Below, piece after piece: positions 8,463 through 17,377 of a DNA stretch of 49,193 bases (position 1 is its first letter; each line of letters starts with the position of its first letter). The position numbers and the translations under genes are program-made. The DNA is taken from positions 2,684-51,876 of the forward strand of contig DBVW01000001.1 in assembly GCA_002308495.1 (NCBI GenBank). The letters run 5' to 3'. The DNA is from Alphaproteobacteria bacterium UBA1254. Lineage in GTDB: Bacteria; Pseudomonadota; Alphaproteobacteria; RF32; CAG-239. The notes beneath the pieces are model-generated. The model searched no databases, was not told the origin of the DNA, and saw only the letters and a program-made list of their open reading frames with translations.

Positions 8463-9308
8463 ATGGAACAGAAAATTGTAAATGTAGGTCAGGTTTCATT
8501 TGGCAATAAATTGCCGCTTGCTTTGATTTGCGGTCCTTGCCAGATTGAGAGCCGTGAACATGCGATTATGATTGCAGGGAAGATGCGTGAAATTACCTCA
8601 AAACTTAAAATGCCTTATGTTTTTAAGGCGTCTTTTGATAAGGCGAATCGCACATCTATCAACGGCGCAAGAGGTGTCGGAATTGAAGAAGGCATGAGAA
8701 CTTTTGATGAGATTAAAAAGCTTTATCCTGATTTGCCGATTGTGACTGATGTTCATGAAGTTTGGCAATGTGCAGAAGTTGCAAAACATGTTGATATGTT
8801 GCAGATTCCGGCATTTCTGTGCAGACAGACCGATTTGGTTGTGGCTGCGGCTAGAACAGGTAAGGTTGTCAATATTAAAAAAGGTCAATTTTTAGCTCCG
8901 TGGGATGTTCGCAATTTGGTTCAGAAATCTGTTGATTCGGGCAATGATCAAGTGATGATTACCGAAAGAGGTACGAGTTTCGGATATAATACGTTGGTTG
9001 TTGATATGCGCGGTTTTCCTCAGATGGCAAAAGATACGGGATATCCGGTTATTATGGATGCGACGCATTCGGTTCAACAACCGGGCGGCAAGGGAACATC
9101 AACAGGCGGACAGCGTGAGTTTGCACCGGTTTTGGCGCGGGCTGCGGTGGCTGTCGGTGTGGCCGGTGTGTTTATGGAAACGCATGATAATCCAGACAAG
9201 GCTTTATCTGACGGGCCGAATACGCTTGCTCTTGCCGATATGGAGCGTGTGTTGACAGAGCTTAAAGCTTATGATGAAATTACAAAAACAATGATTCATG
9301 ATTATTAA
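8463..9308 (+). CDS. kdsA: 3-deoxy-8-phosphooctulonate (KDO-8-P) synthase
   Basis: 281 aa with GPCQIES, FKASFDKANRTS, IVTDVHE and DATHSVQQPGG, typical KdsA blocks. Confidence 0.92.
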   Translation: MEQKIVNVGQVSFGNKLPLALICGPCQIESREHAIMIAGKMREITSKLKMPYVFKASFDKANRTSINGARGVGIEEGMRTFDEIKKLYPDLPIVTDVHEVWQCAEVAKHVDMLQIPAFLCRQTDLVVAAARTGKVVNIKKGQFLAPWDVRNLVQKSVDSGNDQVMITERGTSFGYNTLVVDMRGFPQMAKDTGYPVIMDATHSVQQPGGKGTSTGGQREFAPVLARAAVAVGVAGVFMETHDNPDKALSDGPNTLALADMERVLTELKAYDEITKTMIHDY

Positions 9309-9337
9309 AAAAAGGCGGTGAATTTCACTGCTTTTTA
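9307..9337. terminator. hairpin between convergent kdsA and the repeat-protein gene
   Basis: A-tract, GCGGTGAA/TTCACTGC imperfect palindrome, T-tract. Confidence 0.5.
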
Positions 9338-9637
9338 ATTGTGTTGTTTTGAGATATCTTTGTGCATTTTTTGATGTTTGTCGTCATCGCCTGTCAGGCC
9401 GTCTTTGATGTCAGAGCCGACTTCTTTCGTTCCGTTCCAAACATCTGATGTTACCTTTTTGGTGCCGTCCCAGACATCTGATGAGACTTCTTTTGTTCCG
9501 TCCCAAACATCTGAAGCAACATCTTTTGTTTTATCCCACATGCCTTTTTGTTGAACGGTATTGTCTTGTGCGAACGCGTCAGCGGTTTGTAGCAGAACAG
9601 CAATGCTTAAAGTGGCGAAGATTTTGAGTTTGTTCAT
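9335..9637 (-). CDS. small secreted protein built from tandem 11-aa repeats (possibly CsbD-like stress protein)
   Basis: Signal peptide ending ADAFAQ, then KDVASDVWDGT / KEVSSDVWDGT / KKVTSDVWNGT / KEVGSDIKDGL and a TGDDDKH tail. Confidence 0.6.
   Translation of the reverse strand: MNKLKIFATLSIAVLLQTADAFAQDNTVQQKGMWDKTKDVASDVWDGTKEVSSDVWDGTKKVTSDVWNGTKEVGSDIKDGLTGDDDKHQKMHKDISKQHN
9419..9550. repeat. about 4 tandem copies of a 33-bp unit inside the CDS
   Basis: Units at 9419-9451, 9452-9484, 9485-9517 and 9518-9550 (the last more diverged), with the shared core CCGT(C/T)CCA(A/G)ACATCTGA. Confidence 0.85.
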
Positions 9638-9750
9638 GATTTTTTCCTTTCTTTTGAGTGCGACAGATAAAAGATAATCGTTGTTTGTATTGATTTAAAT
9701 AAAACTTTCAGAGATGGTTGAGAATTTTTTTAAAAAGGCAAAAAAATAAG

Positions 9751-9779
9751 TTGACGATTTAAAAAAGATACGTTAAAAG
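9751..9779 (+). promoter_or_regulatory. sigma70-like promoter for tRNA-Ser(GCU)
   Basis: TTGACG, 17 nt, TAAAAG, ending 12 nt before the tRNA 5' end. Confidence 0.45.
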
Positions 9780-9791
9780 GGTTTTTACCAC

Positions 9792-9880
9792 GGAGTGTTG
9801 GCAGAGTGGTAATGCAGCGGATTGCTAATCCGTCATCCCCTTAAAAGGATGCATAGGTTCGAGTCCTATACACTCCGCCA
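9792..9880 (+). tRNA. tRNA-Ser (anticodon GCU), CCA encoded
   Basis: Acceptor GGAGTGT/ACACTCC, anticodon loop TTGCTAA, long variable arm CATCC..GGATG, T-arm ATAGG-TTCGAGT-CCTAT, CCA. Confidence 0.95.
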
Positions 9881-9881
9881 T

Positions 9882-9912
9882 AAAAAAAGGCACCTAAAAG
9901 GTGCCTTTTTTT
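9882..9912 (+). terminator. rho-independent terminator after tRNA-Ser(GCU)
   Basis: GGCACC-TAAAA-GGTGCC followed by T7. Confidence 0.8.
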
Positions 9913-10071
9913 GTGGCGAAATTAGGGCTCGAACCGAAAGGCCGAAAGGTTTTCAAAGCAACTAAATGTTACTTTGAAACCTTGAGGGTGCCAGATTTGT
10001 TAATGAGAAAACAAGCGAAAGCGCTGTTTTCGAGTGTTACAAATCAAACCGCTCGAGCTGCGAAGCAGCGT

Positions 10072-10121
10072 AGTCCTATACACCCGCCATAAAAAAAAAG
10101 GTGCCTTTCAGGCGCCTTTTT
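10072..10121 (+). repeat. direct duplicate of the tRNA-Ser(GCU) 3' end plus its terminator (att-like scar)
   Basis: AGTCCTATACAC-CCGCCATAAAAAAA..GGTGCC hairpin at 10072 versus AGTCCTATACACTCCGCCATAAAAAAAGGCACC hairpin at 9862. The tRNA-derived part differs by a single 1-nt deletion. Confidence 0.75.
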
Positions 10122-10139
10122 ATATGTTTATAATGTTGG

Positions 10140-10168
10140 TTGACAAGTGATTGATAAAATCATAACAT
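10140..10168 (+). promoter_or_regulatory. sigma70-like promoter for the CNNM/CorC-family gene
   Basis: TTGACA, 17 nt, TAACAT. Confidence 0.5.
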
Positions 10169-10209
10169 AGGCTTTAATTGTTAATCATTAAAGGTAATAA
10201 AAGAATAAA

Positions 10210-11535
10210 ATGGATCCTTTTTATATTTATTTGTTTAAGTTTGTTTTTGTTGTCATTTTGGTTTTATTTAATGCGTTTTTTGTTGTTTCCGAGTTTGCCA
10301 TTGTGAAAATTCGGCGAACAAAACTTGAAGAGCTTGTCGGGCTTGGCAACAAAAGAGCATCAATCGCTTTGAAAATTACGGAGCATCTTGACAGTTATTT
10401 GAGCGCCATTCAGCTCGGTATTACTCTGGCATCACTCGGTTTAGGTTGGATTGGTGAACCGGCGGTCGCTAAATTATTTTCTGATTTGCTCGGCGGTTTT
10501 TTTGCGGATAATCCGATTTTGTTGCATTCAATCAGTTTCGGTGTGGCGTTTGGCTTGATTACGTTAATGCACGTTGTTTTGGGCGAGCTTATTCCGAAGT
10601 CGCTTGCCATTCAAAAGACGGAAACCTTTGTTTTGCACATTGCCTATCCGCTTTATTTGTTTAAGCGCACATTTTATCCGTTTATTTGGATTTTAGATGT
10701 TTTAACAATTAAAATTTTGCATTTAATGGGGGTTGAGCCGGCAAAAGAAGAAGATATGGCTCATTCGGAGGAAGAAATCAAACTCATTGTTAATGCTTCG
10801 CAAAAGGGCGGTGTGATTGACGATACGGAACGTGATATTATTCAAAATGCAATCAGCTTTTCGGAGATTTTTGCCCACGAAGTGATGATTCCGCGTCAAG
10901 ATATGCAATGTTTATATTTAGATGATGATTTTAATGATGTGATGAGTTTGGTTAAACGCACGAAGCACACGCGTTATCCGCTTTGCGGCGAAGATAAGGA
11001 TAATGTGGTCGGGATGATACATATCAGGGATTTGTTGGAACATTCGGAAGAAAAACTTGAAAAGGGGCGCTTAAATAAAATTGCGCGACAGGTTTTGTTT
11101 GTGCCCGAAAATCAGTCTATTTCTGAAGTTTTGCATCTGATGATGCGTAAACACACGCATCTTGCCATTGTTGTTGATGAATATGGCGGAACGGCCGGTA
11201 TGCTTTCGATGGAAGATATTTTGGAAGAGCTTGTCGGTGATATTATGGATGAACATGACATCAATGAAGTTGAAGAAATTCACAAATTAAATGATTGTAT
11301 ATGCGAGTTTGACGGCAAGGTTTTGGTTGATGATGTTTATGATTGTATGGGTGTGCCTCAGTGTGAACGTGATGAAAGCACCATCGGCGGTTATGTGTTT
11401 ACGCTTTTGGGACGTGCACCTAAGGTCGGCGATAAAGTTGAAGATGAATATTGTGTTTATGAAGTTATTTCGGCAGGAAAGATGCGTGTCAGACGTGTGA
11501 AAGTAACATTAAAGGGAAAAAATGTTAAAGATTGA
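10210..11535 (+). CDS. CNNM/TlyC-family membrane protein (DUF21, CBS pair, CorC_HlyC domains)
   Basis: 441 aa with an N-terminal 4-TM DUF21 (SEFAIVKIRR, GELIPKS), CBS region and C-terminal transporter-associated domain. Confidence 0.8.
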   Translation: MDPFYIYLFKFVFVVILVLFNAFFVVSEFAIVKIRRTKLEELVGLGNKRASIALKITEHLDSYLSAIQLGITLASLGLGWIGEPAVAKLFSDLLGGFFADNPILLHSISFGVAFGLITLMHVVLGELIPKSLAIQKTETFVLHIAYPLYLFKRTFYPFIWILDVLTIKILHLMGVEPAKEEDMAHSEEEIKLIVNASQKGGVIDDTERDIIQNAISFSEIFAHEVMIPRQDMQCLYLDDDFNDVMSLVKRTKHTRYPLCGEDKDNVVGMIHIRDLLEHSEEKLEKGRLNKIARQVLFVPENQSISEVLHLMMRKHTHLAIVVDEYGGTAGMLSMEDILEELVGDIMDEHDINEVEEIHKLNDCICEFDGKVLVDDVYDCMGVPQCERDESTIGGYVFTLLGRAPKVGDKVEDEYCVYEVISAGKMRVRRVKVTLKGKNVKD

Positions 11536-12061
11536 AGAACCGGCGGAGCACCTTTTTGATAAAGCACGGGTTGGCCTCTTAGAAATTAAAAATCAGCCGT
11601 CACCTTTTGATATTTCTGCAGCAAAAAAAGGGGCTGAATATGCTTTAAAAAATTTTGAAGGGTATCTTGATTATGTGAAGCAAAACAAATCTCAAGAACA
11701 GCCTGAAGGAAGGGTGCCATGTACGACTTTTTGGCTTTTTGATGATGAAAAGTTTGTCGGGGTTTTTGATGTGCGCCATTATTTAACGGAACACTTAAGG
11801 CAAATCGGCGGGCATATCGCTTATGAAGTTGTGCCTTCGGAGCGTGGTAAGGGGTATGTCTTGCGCGGTTTGAGACTTATTCTTGATTGGTGTTTGAATA
11901 ACTTAAATCTTGGAGAAGTTTTGCTCTTTTGTAATGAGCAAAATGAAAGGTCGCACAGAGTTTTGGAAAAGGCTTTGGGAGAATTCGGCGGACGACGCCT
12001 ACCTCATCATGAAGCTGACGGGCGCATTGAATGCGGTTATTGGCTCAAAACCGGAAAATAA
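11522..12061 (+). CDS. GNAT-family N-acetyltransferase (COG3981-like)
   Basis: 179 aa with GGHIAYEVVPSERGKGY and CNEQNERSHRVLEK blocks. Overlaps the upstream gene by 14 nt. Confidence 0.6.
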   Translation: MLKIEEPAEHLFDKARVGLLEIKNQPSPFDISAAKKGAEYALKNFEGYLDYVKQNKSQEQPEGRVPCTTFWLFDDEKFVGVFDVRHYLTEHLRQIGGHIAYEVVPSERGKGYVLRGLRLILDWCLNNLNLGEVLLFCNEQNERSHRVLEKALGEFGGRRLPHHEADGRIECGYWLKTGK

Positions 12062-12062
12062 T

Positions 12063-12548
12063 CTATTGATATTGGTAGCCGTAGGAATTTGCGGATGTTT
12101 CGGTGCCATTATCAAAATATTTTTCATTTTGAATGCTTCCCTTATCATCATAAAGTTTCCAACGACCGTCAATTTTACCGTCTTTATAATATGCTTCTTC
12201 TTCTAAAAGACCGTTTTTGTAGTATGAAACGACTAAACCGTCCAATTTACCGTTTTTGAAAAAGCTTTCTTCTTTAAGCTGTCCGTTTTCGTAATATTCT
12301 TTACGCATACCATTCGCTTTGCCGTTTTTGAAATAGGCCATCATTTTTAAATGTCCGTTCGGATATTCTTCTTTGATGATGCCCGTATATGGTTCGAATT
12401 TGTGAGTCGTGCAAATGGTTATGCCGTGTTCGGTGTTGCAATAAAGGTGTTTGATGGTTGTGATTGTCATTGAAGAATCAACAGCTGAAGCATTCGCAAC
12501 AGTACCGTAAAAGCAAAGTATCAGTAAATATGCTAATAATTTTTTCAT
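12063..12548 (-). CDS. secreted MORN-variant (YwqK-type) repeat protein
   Basis: Signal peptide, then repeated Y-x-NG-x-L/K-x-E/G-x-x-Y-K/F-NGK-x-x-G units (YFKNGKANG, FFKNGKLDG, YYKDGKIDG). Confidence 0.7.
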   Translation of the reverse strand: MKKLLAYLLILCFYGTVANASAVDSSMTITTIKHLYCNTEHGITICTTHKFEPYTGIIKEEYPNGHLKMMAYFKNGKANGMRKEYYENGQLKEESFFKNGKLDGLVVSYYKNGLLEEEAYYKDGKIDGRWKLYDDKGSIQNEKYFDNGTETSANSYGYQYQ

Positions 12549-12595
12549 TTTGACCTCACATTTTCATTTTATAACACAAAATTTATATTGTCCAG

Positions 12596-15500
12596 TTAAT
12601 TTCTTGTTACATTTCCTTCAACTGAAACTTCACCGATGATAGGTCTTAATAAGGGAACAGAGTCTTGATTTTGCTCATTAATTTCTGTTTTTTTGGCACC
12701 TTTACGTGTAATTGTTCCGCTTAATTTAGCCTTTGAGCTGTAATCGTCATTTATTTCAATTAAAAGTGGTTGTTCCGGCTCAGGCTCAATTTCAACAACA
12801 AGTTCAGGTTCGGGGATGATGTTGACAGTTTCAATTATGGTTTCAGGAATAATTTGTTCATCTTCTTCAATCTGAGTGAATTCTTGCGGCAGATTCTCAT
12901 CCGTTTTTGAATTTTCAATCGTTATTTGTTCTTCAACGGGTTGTGTCTCTTCGTTTTGCTCAGAAATCTGATCATTTTCTTTTTTCTGAGGAATCTTATG
13001 TTTTCCGGTTTGTTCAAAATAGATAATATCTTGAATGTATAAGAACAAATCTTCTAAATTTGTATTGAGTTTTTTAAGTTCAGCCGACGCTTTTTGAGAA
13101 AGATCAGACATTGTCGAATAATATTTATCTAAAATTAAAATCTTATTTTCATTATCGGCACTTTCTTTAATTTTGAATGCTTCCGTATAAACGTCATTGA
13201 TTATTCCGATTGATTCTTCAATGCTGTTACGCGAACTTTTGACCATATCCAAATCATTTAATATGACCGTAGAATTCAGTTGAACCAAACGCATGGTGTA
13301 AGAATTAAGAGTGTTCTGATAATTCTTTGATTTTTCGTTTGAATTTTCATAAATGTTTGAAATATTTTTGAATGCATTAGCAATATGAAGACGCAAATCA
13401 AAGATATAGTTGTCATCAAGTTGTGTGATAAGCTCATTTAAGAGCGGTTCGTAAACATCAAGTTGAAGATTGCAGGCGTCAATATCTTTATCGGTATATT
13501 CGCCGGATGATTTGTTTTCAATTGAACGCAAATCTTTTAAGATATCCTGAGCCTGTGTTTCGATACTTTCGTAAACACTATTTATTCTTAAATCAGAGCT
13601 AAAGGGTTTATATCTTTTTATGCGCGGTAAAATTTCGGCATTAATGAGATTGAACTGTTTGAGGCGTTTTCCTTGTGTTTCAGACATCCTTTCTCTTAAT
13701 GCTTTGAGGCGGGCCTCTTCTTTTTCTTTGGCTTCCTGTTCAATTTTGGCCCAATAAGAATCGTATTTATTTTTAAGATTTTCAATATGAAGCGACAATT
13801 CAGGATTATCTATGGATTGTTTTAAATAGAATGTAACCGCAGGATTGTCTTTTAAGCGATTAAATCTTGTTTTGAAAGTTGTATCCATTGTCCAATCAGG
13901 TAAAGAACCGTTGCCGGAAACATCAATCGTTACAAGCGGAGAAAGCATCATGGCTTCTTTGATTGTGAAGTCACCTTGTTTGGTGTCAAATTTTGCGGAA
14001 ATGATTTCAAATGAGCTTGTGCCGAATGAAAGGTTGTTTTTTAAGAAAGCTTCCAAATCGTCCGAACGCTCGCGTTTTGACAAGTCATCTTCTATAATTT
14101 CAATGTCCATACCGTCAAGAGAGGCTTTTGTTATTTCAAATGAACCCTGTGAAGTTAAATTGTTTACAAAATCTTCGATGGAAGAAGCTTGGCTTTCGTA
14201 TTGAGCTTCCAACTTTAACGTGCCTTTTTTGAGGTTGTAAATCGATCCGCCGAAATTTTCGAGAGGGTAATCTGTTATGTTAAAATTACCTTTAATTCTC
14301 GGCATGTTGCCATTTTCAATTACAAAATTTGCAGTCATCGGAGCTGTGTTTTTAACAGCTGTGAAATTTTTAACATTGATGTTGCCGTTTTTAATTTCCA
14401 TTAAAAGCGAAACATTTTCAATGTAAGATGTGATGTAGCTTAAATTTTTAATGTTAAATTTTGCGTTTAAGTCAAAATTTTGGAAGGCTTTATAATTAAT
14501 TGACGCCTTACTCCACGTTGGTTTTTGCAAGAAAGTATGAGGTTTCTTTTTGTCTTTGACCTGAGGTGTGTTGGCATCAGTGAAAACAAAACGATCAAAT
14601 TCAAACATATTGGCAGAAATGTTTGCTTTAATGGTCGGTCTGTCATCTTTTTTGAGGTAGGCAAAAGCACCGGTAAAGTTGTTGGCCCCGATAAAGGCAT
14701 CCATGTTGGTGGCGCGCCAGTTTCCGAAAGAACCTTCGACATCAGATTTGAAGGTAAAGACGTTGGCAGAGAGATTTTCAGGATTGTAGTCTAAGTTAAT
14801 TTGAGTCGCGAAGGAAACGAAATCAGGTGCTTTAAGTTCTAAATTTCCGCGCCAATATAATTTTTGATCCTGGCGGAAAATTTTACCTTTATAAGCAGCA
14901 CTCATTTTTTCTATTTTTGCGTTTGTGCTGATGTTTGCACTGTCCGTTGTTCCTGAAATAAGCCCTTGTAATTGTACATCATTGGTTGTTTTGAAAAGCG
15001 GCCAATCGGGCAGTTCAAAATTAAATTTATCTTTAAATGATGCAAAGTCGGATGTTTGGATGTCATATTTGAAGTTGTCAAAGGAGGGATTAACACCAAG
15101 ATTTGAAATTTTTCCTTCGGCGTTGAATTTGGCAGAGGCTATTTCTTCAATGCTTAATTTTTTAATATTAATTTCTCCGTTTGAAGCATCCAGGTTAACG
15201 TTTAAGTTTTCAAACGGCATGTGGCGGTATGCGCCTTGTTTAAGTGTGAGCTCGGCATGTACATCTGACTGATTTAAAATCTTGAAATTATTTAACAGAT
15301 TTTTGATTTTATCGGCAAATGCCGTATTTTCGTTATTTTCGGGCAGCGGCTTGATATAGTTGTCGAAATTAATATTTTCGCTTTGAAGAGACAGGAATAA
15401 AGCGTTTCTCCTATCGCGTTTAAGGCCGATGGCACCGGTTACGTTTATATTATCCATACCGAATTCGAACGGCATCAGCTTAATTTGTTTTAAGTTGCCG

Positions 15501-16873
15501 GAAATTTCGAAAACCGCGCGAGCGTTACGATAGGTGTTTTGTGCGTATATTTCAGGTTTGTAGCCTGCAAATTCAAGAAATTTCAGAAAATCCTGGCTCA
15601 ATGCCTGGGTTTTGAAATTATATGAAAGATTTTTTTCGCTTTCGAAAATATCACCGCTTATTGCAATTTCCGTATCTCCAGGGTATAAACCGGATAAATC
15701 TTTTATGGTTAAAACGTTATTGACAATATCGGCGCTTAATTTAAAGTTTCGAATGACATCATTGTTGTAATGGGCGCGAGTTGACATAATATCTGCTGCG
15801 ACATCATATTCCATCGCGGGTTCAAACTTTTTTCGCCCTTCGTCAAATTTTTTCAAGTATTCTTTCAAAATGACGCTGAACGGCATTAAATCAAAGTCTG
15901 TCATTTCAAAGATAACATCTATTTTTTTGCGATCGTTTGTTATGCTTTTGAGCGGAATTAAAACTCTGCCGGATCCGGCCATGTTTTCACCATATTTGAT
16001 TACAAAACTTGAAAGGTCTATCTGATTTGGGTTAACAGCCAATTCAATAGAAGCGGCAAGCGGATAATTATATTGTTCGGGCAGTAAAATTTGGCCTGAA
16101 ATGGTGTTTAAAAAGGTTGACGGCTTTTGCGATTCTATCGTGAAATTTCCTTGTATTTCGCTATTGTTTGATAAAACAGAACCGTCGAATCGGGCGTAAC
16201 TGTCAGACGAGGGGTGTGTTAAGACGAGATTTAACGAAGTGGCAAAACTTTCGGTTAAAGTTCCGACGTTTAAGGCAAAGCCGGCCGGGGTTTCATCTCT
16301 GATAAAGTTGCCGTCGATTCTGAAGGGCCCTATGAGGCTTTGAGCGGAAATATCCGCGTTTAATTTGTTGAAAACAGCATCAACATTAAGCGCTTTATCA
16401 ATAATTCTGACGGTCGAGTTTTGGAGCATAACGCTGTTAAATGCGATGTCAACTCCGGAAAGATTGAAGTTTTGTTTTTGATTGACATCAGAATACCAGT
16501 TTGTTTTGCCGTTGCTTAAAAATTCAACCAAGATTTTCGCATCTGTCAAATTCATCTTGTCAATGACAAAACGTTTGTGAATTAAGGGCATAAGACTTAA
16601 ATCAGTAACCATTTCTTTGACTTCTGCCAAAGGAGAAGAATCGGTATTATTTGTGTTATAAACTTTAATGTCGGTTGCTTTTAAATGGGGGCGCGGTAAA
16701 AATTTTAAGCTGATTGAACCGTTAATGACTACTTTTTTACCGGTAATGTCTTCAATTTGACTGGTAATTTTTGTTTTGTAACGATTCCAATCAATTGTTG
16801 AAATGTAATAAGAAATGCCGCCGAAAGCTATAATTATAAGCAATAAAAGGGCGAAAAATATTTTTTTAAACAC
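12596..16873 (-). CDS. giant AsmA-family envelope protein with a long C-terminal coiled-coil/acidic extension
   Basis: I place the start at the GTG at 16873 (GGAG 9 nt upstream), giving MFKKIFFALLLLIIIAF as a TM anchor; the track start at 16915 is a TTG. AsmA-like N-terminus: DWNRYKTKITSQIEDITGKKVVINGSISLKFLPRPHL. Confidence 0.7.
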   Translation of the reverse strand: MFKKIFFALLLLIIIAFGGISYYISTIDWNRYKTKITSQIEDITGKKVVINGSISLKFLPRPHLKATDIKVYNTNNTDSSPLAEVKEMVTDLSLMPLIHKRFVIDKMNLTDAKILVEFLSNGKTNWYSDVNQKQNFNLSGVDIAFNSVMLQNSTVRIIDKALNVDAVFNKLNADISAQSLIGPFRIDGNFIRDETPAGFALNVGTLTESFATSLNLVLTHPSSDSYARFDGSVLSNNSEIQGNFTIESQKPSTFLNTISGQILLPEQYNYPLAASIELAVNPNQIDLSSFVIKYGENMAGSGRVLIPLKSITNDRKKIDVIFEMTDFDLMPFSVILKEYLKKFDEGRKKFEPAMEYDVAADIMSTRAHYNNDVIRNFKLSADIVNNVLTIKDLSGLYPGDTEIAISGDIFESEKNLSYNFKTQALSQDFLKFLEFAGYKPEIYAQNTYRNARAVFEISGNLKQIKLMPFEFGMDNINVTGAIGLKRDRRNALFLSLQSENINFDNYIKPLPENNENTAFADKIKNLLNNFKILNQSDVHAELTLKQGAYRHMPFENLNVNLDASNGEINIKKLSIEEIASAKFNAEGKISNLGVNPSFDNFKYDIQTSDFASFKDKFNFELPDWPLFKTTNDVQLQGLISGTTDSANISTNAKIEKMSAAYKGKIFRQDQKLYWRGNLELKAPDFVSFATQINLDYNPENLSANVFTFKSDVEGSFGNWRATNMDAFIGANNFTGAFAYLKKDDRPTIKANISANMFEFDRFVFTDANTPQVKDKKKPHTFLQKPTWSKASINYKAFQNFDLNAKFNIKNLSYITSYIENVSLLMEIKNGNINVKNFTAVKNTAPMTANFVIENGNMPRIKGNFNITDYPLENFGGSIYNLKKGTLKLEAQYESQASSIEDFVNNLTSQGSFEITKASLDGMDIEIIEDDLSKRERSDDLEAFLKNNLSFGTSSFEIISAKFDTKQGDFTIKEAMMLSPLVTIDVSGNGSLPDWTMDTTFKTRFNRLKDNPAVTFYLKQSIDNPELSLHIENLKNKYDSYWAKIEQEAKEKEEARLKALRERMSETQGKRLKQFNLINAEILPRIKRYKPFSSDLRINSVYESIETQAQDILKDLRSIENKSSGEYTDKDIDACNLQLDVYEPLLNELITQLDDNYIFDLRLHIANAFKNISNIYENSNEKSKNYQNTLNSYTMRLVQLNSTVILNDLDMVKSSRNSIEESIGIINDVYTEAFKIKESADNENKILILDKYYSTMSDLSQKASAELKKLNTNLEDLFLYIQDIIYFEQTGKHKIPQKKENDQISEQNEETQPVEEQITIENSKTDENLPQEFTQIEEDEQIIPETIIETVNIIPEPELVVEIEPEPEQPLLIEINDDYSSKAKLSGTITRKGAKKTEINEQNQDSVPLLRPIIGEVSVEGNVTRN

Positions 16874-16978
16874 GAAATAATTCTCCTGTATCAAATACAA
16901 AAAAGTCTTTGCCAATTGTTAGAATAATGTATATTATCTTTATAATCAATTAATTTTTTGTATAAAAGGCAGATAAAA

Positions 16979-17377
16979 ATGGCAGTTGCAGAAACACTTT
17001 TGAAAAAAGCTCTTGAAGCAAGGAAAAATGCGTACGCTCCTTACTCTCATTTTAAGGTCGGTGCGGCGCTTGTAACACCGAAAGGTCATATATATGTCGG
17101 TGCGAATGCGGAAAATGTGTCATATCCTTGCGGGACTTGTGCGGAAGCGGGAGCAATTGCCGCGATGGTTGCCGGCGGGGAAACGAAAATTGCGGAAATT
17201 TTAATTGTAGCCGATTCAAAAGAGCTTATTGTTCCTTGCGGGGCGTGTTTGCAGCGTATTTTGGAATTTTCAAATAAAAAAACGAAGATTTATGCGGCTA
17301 ATATGAAGGGTGTTCAAAAAACTTTTCGGTTAAGCGAGCTGCTCCCCGTTGCTTTTAATGAGGATTTGAAGAAATGA
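16979..17377 (+). CDS. cdd: cytidine deaminase
   Basis: Start at the ATG at 16979 (SD AAAAGG). Zinc motifs CGTCAE and PCGACLQ are present. About 132 aa, the homotetrameric type. Confidence 0.85.
   Translation: MAVAETLLKKALEARKNAYAPYSHFKVGAALVTPKGHIYVGANAENVSYPCGTCAEAGAIAAMVAGGETKIAEILIVADSKELIVPCGACLQRILEFSNKKTKIYAANMKGVQKTFRLSELLPVAFNEDLKK

Noticed and set aside
9889-9905. Shared GGCACC/GGTGCC hairpin cores at 9889, 10100 and 27728 as a possible REP-like repeat family.
   Set aside because: Two of the three belong to the same local duplication. That leaves only two independent short (6-9 bp) stems, which is insufficient to call a dispersed repeat family from one window.
9913-10089. Possibility that the inter-repeat segment is tmRNA (including the two-piece alphaproteobacterial form), SRP RNA or 6S RNA.
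   Set aside because: It is too short for tmRNA. No Ala-type acceptor, no plausible ...(L/V)AA tag frame, no complete T-arm, and no GGAA-tetraloop/AGCA SRP domain IV motif. The only resemblance is GAAGCAGC.
9901-10092. 63-aa ORF spanning the segment between the two tRNA-Ser 3'-end repeats.
   Set aside because: It starts inside the terminator T-tract, runs through the tRNA-derived repeat and has no SD. It is better explained as non-coding scar sequence.
16874-16915. Upstream TTG start for the AsmA-like gene, and similarly TTG at 16958 for cdd.
   Set aside because: Downstream starts (GTG 16873 and ATG 16979) have properly spaced SD sequences and give sensible N-termini. The TTG extensions add no recognisable sequence.
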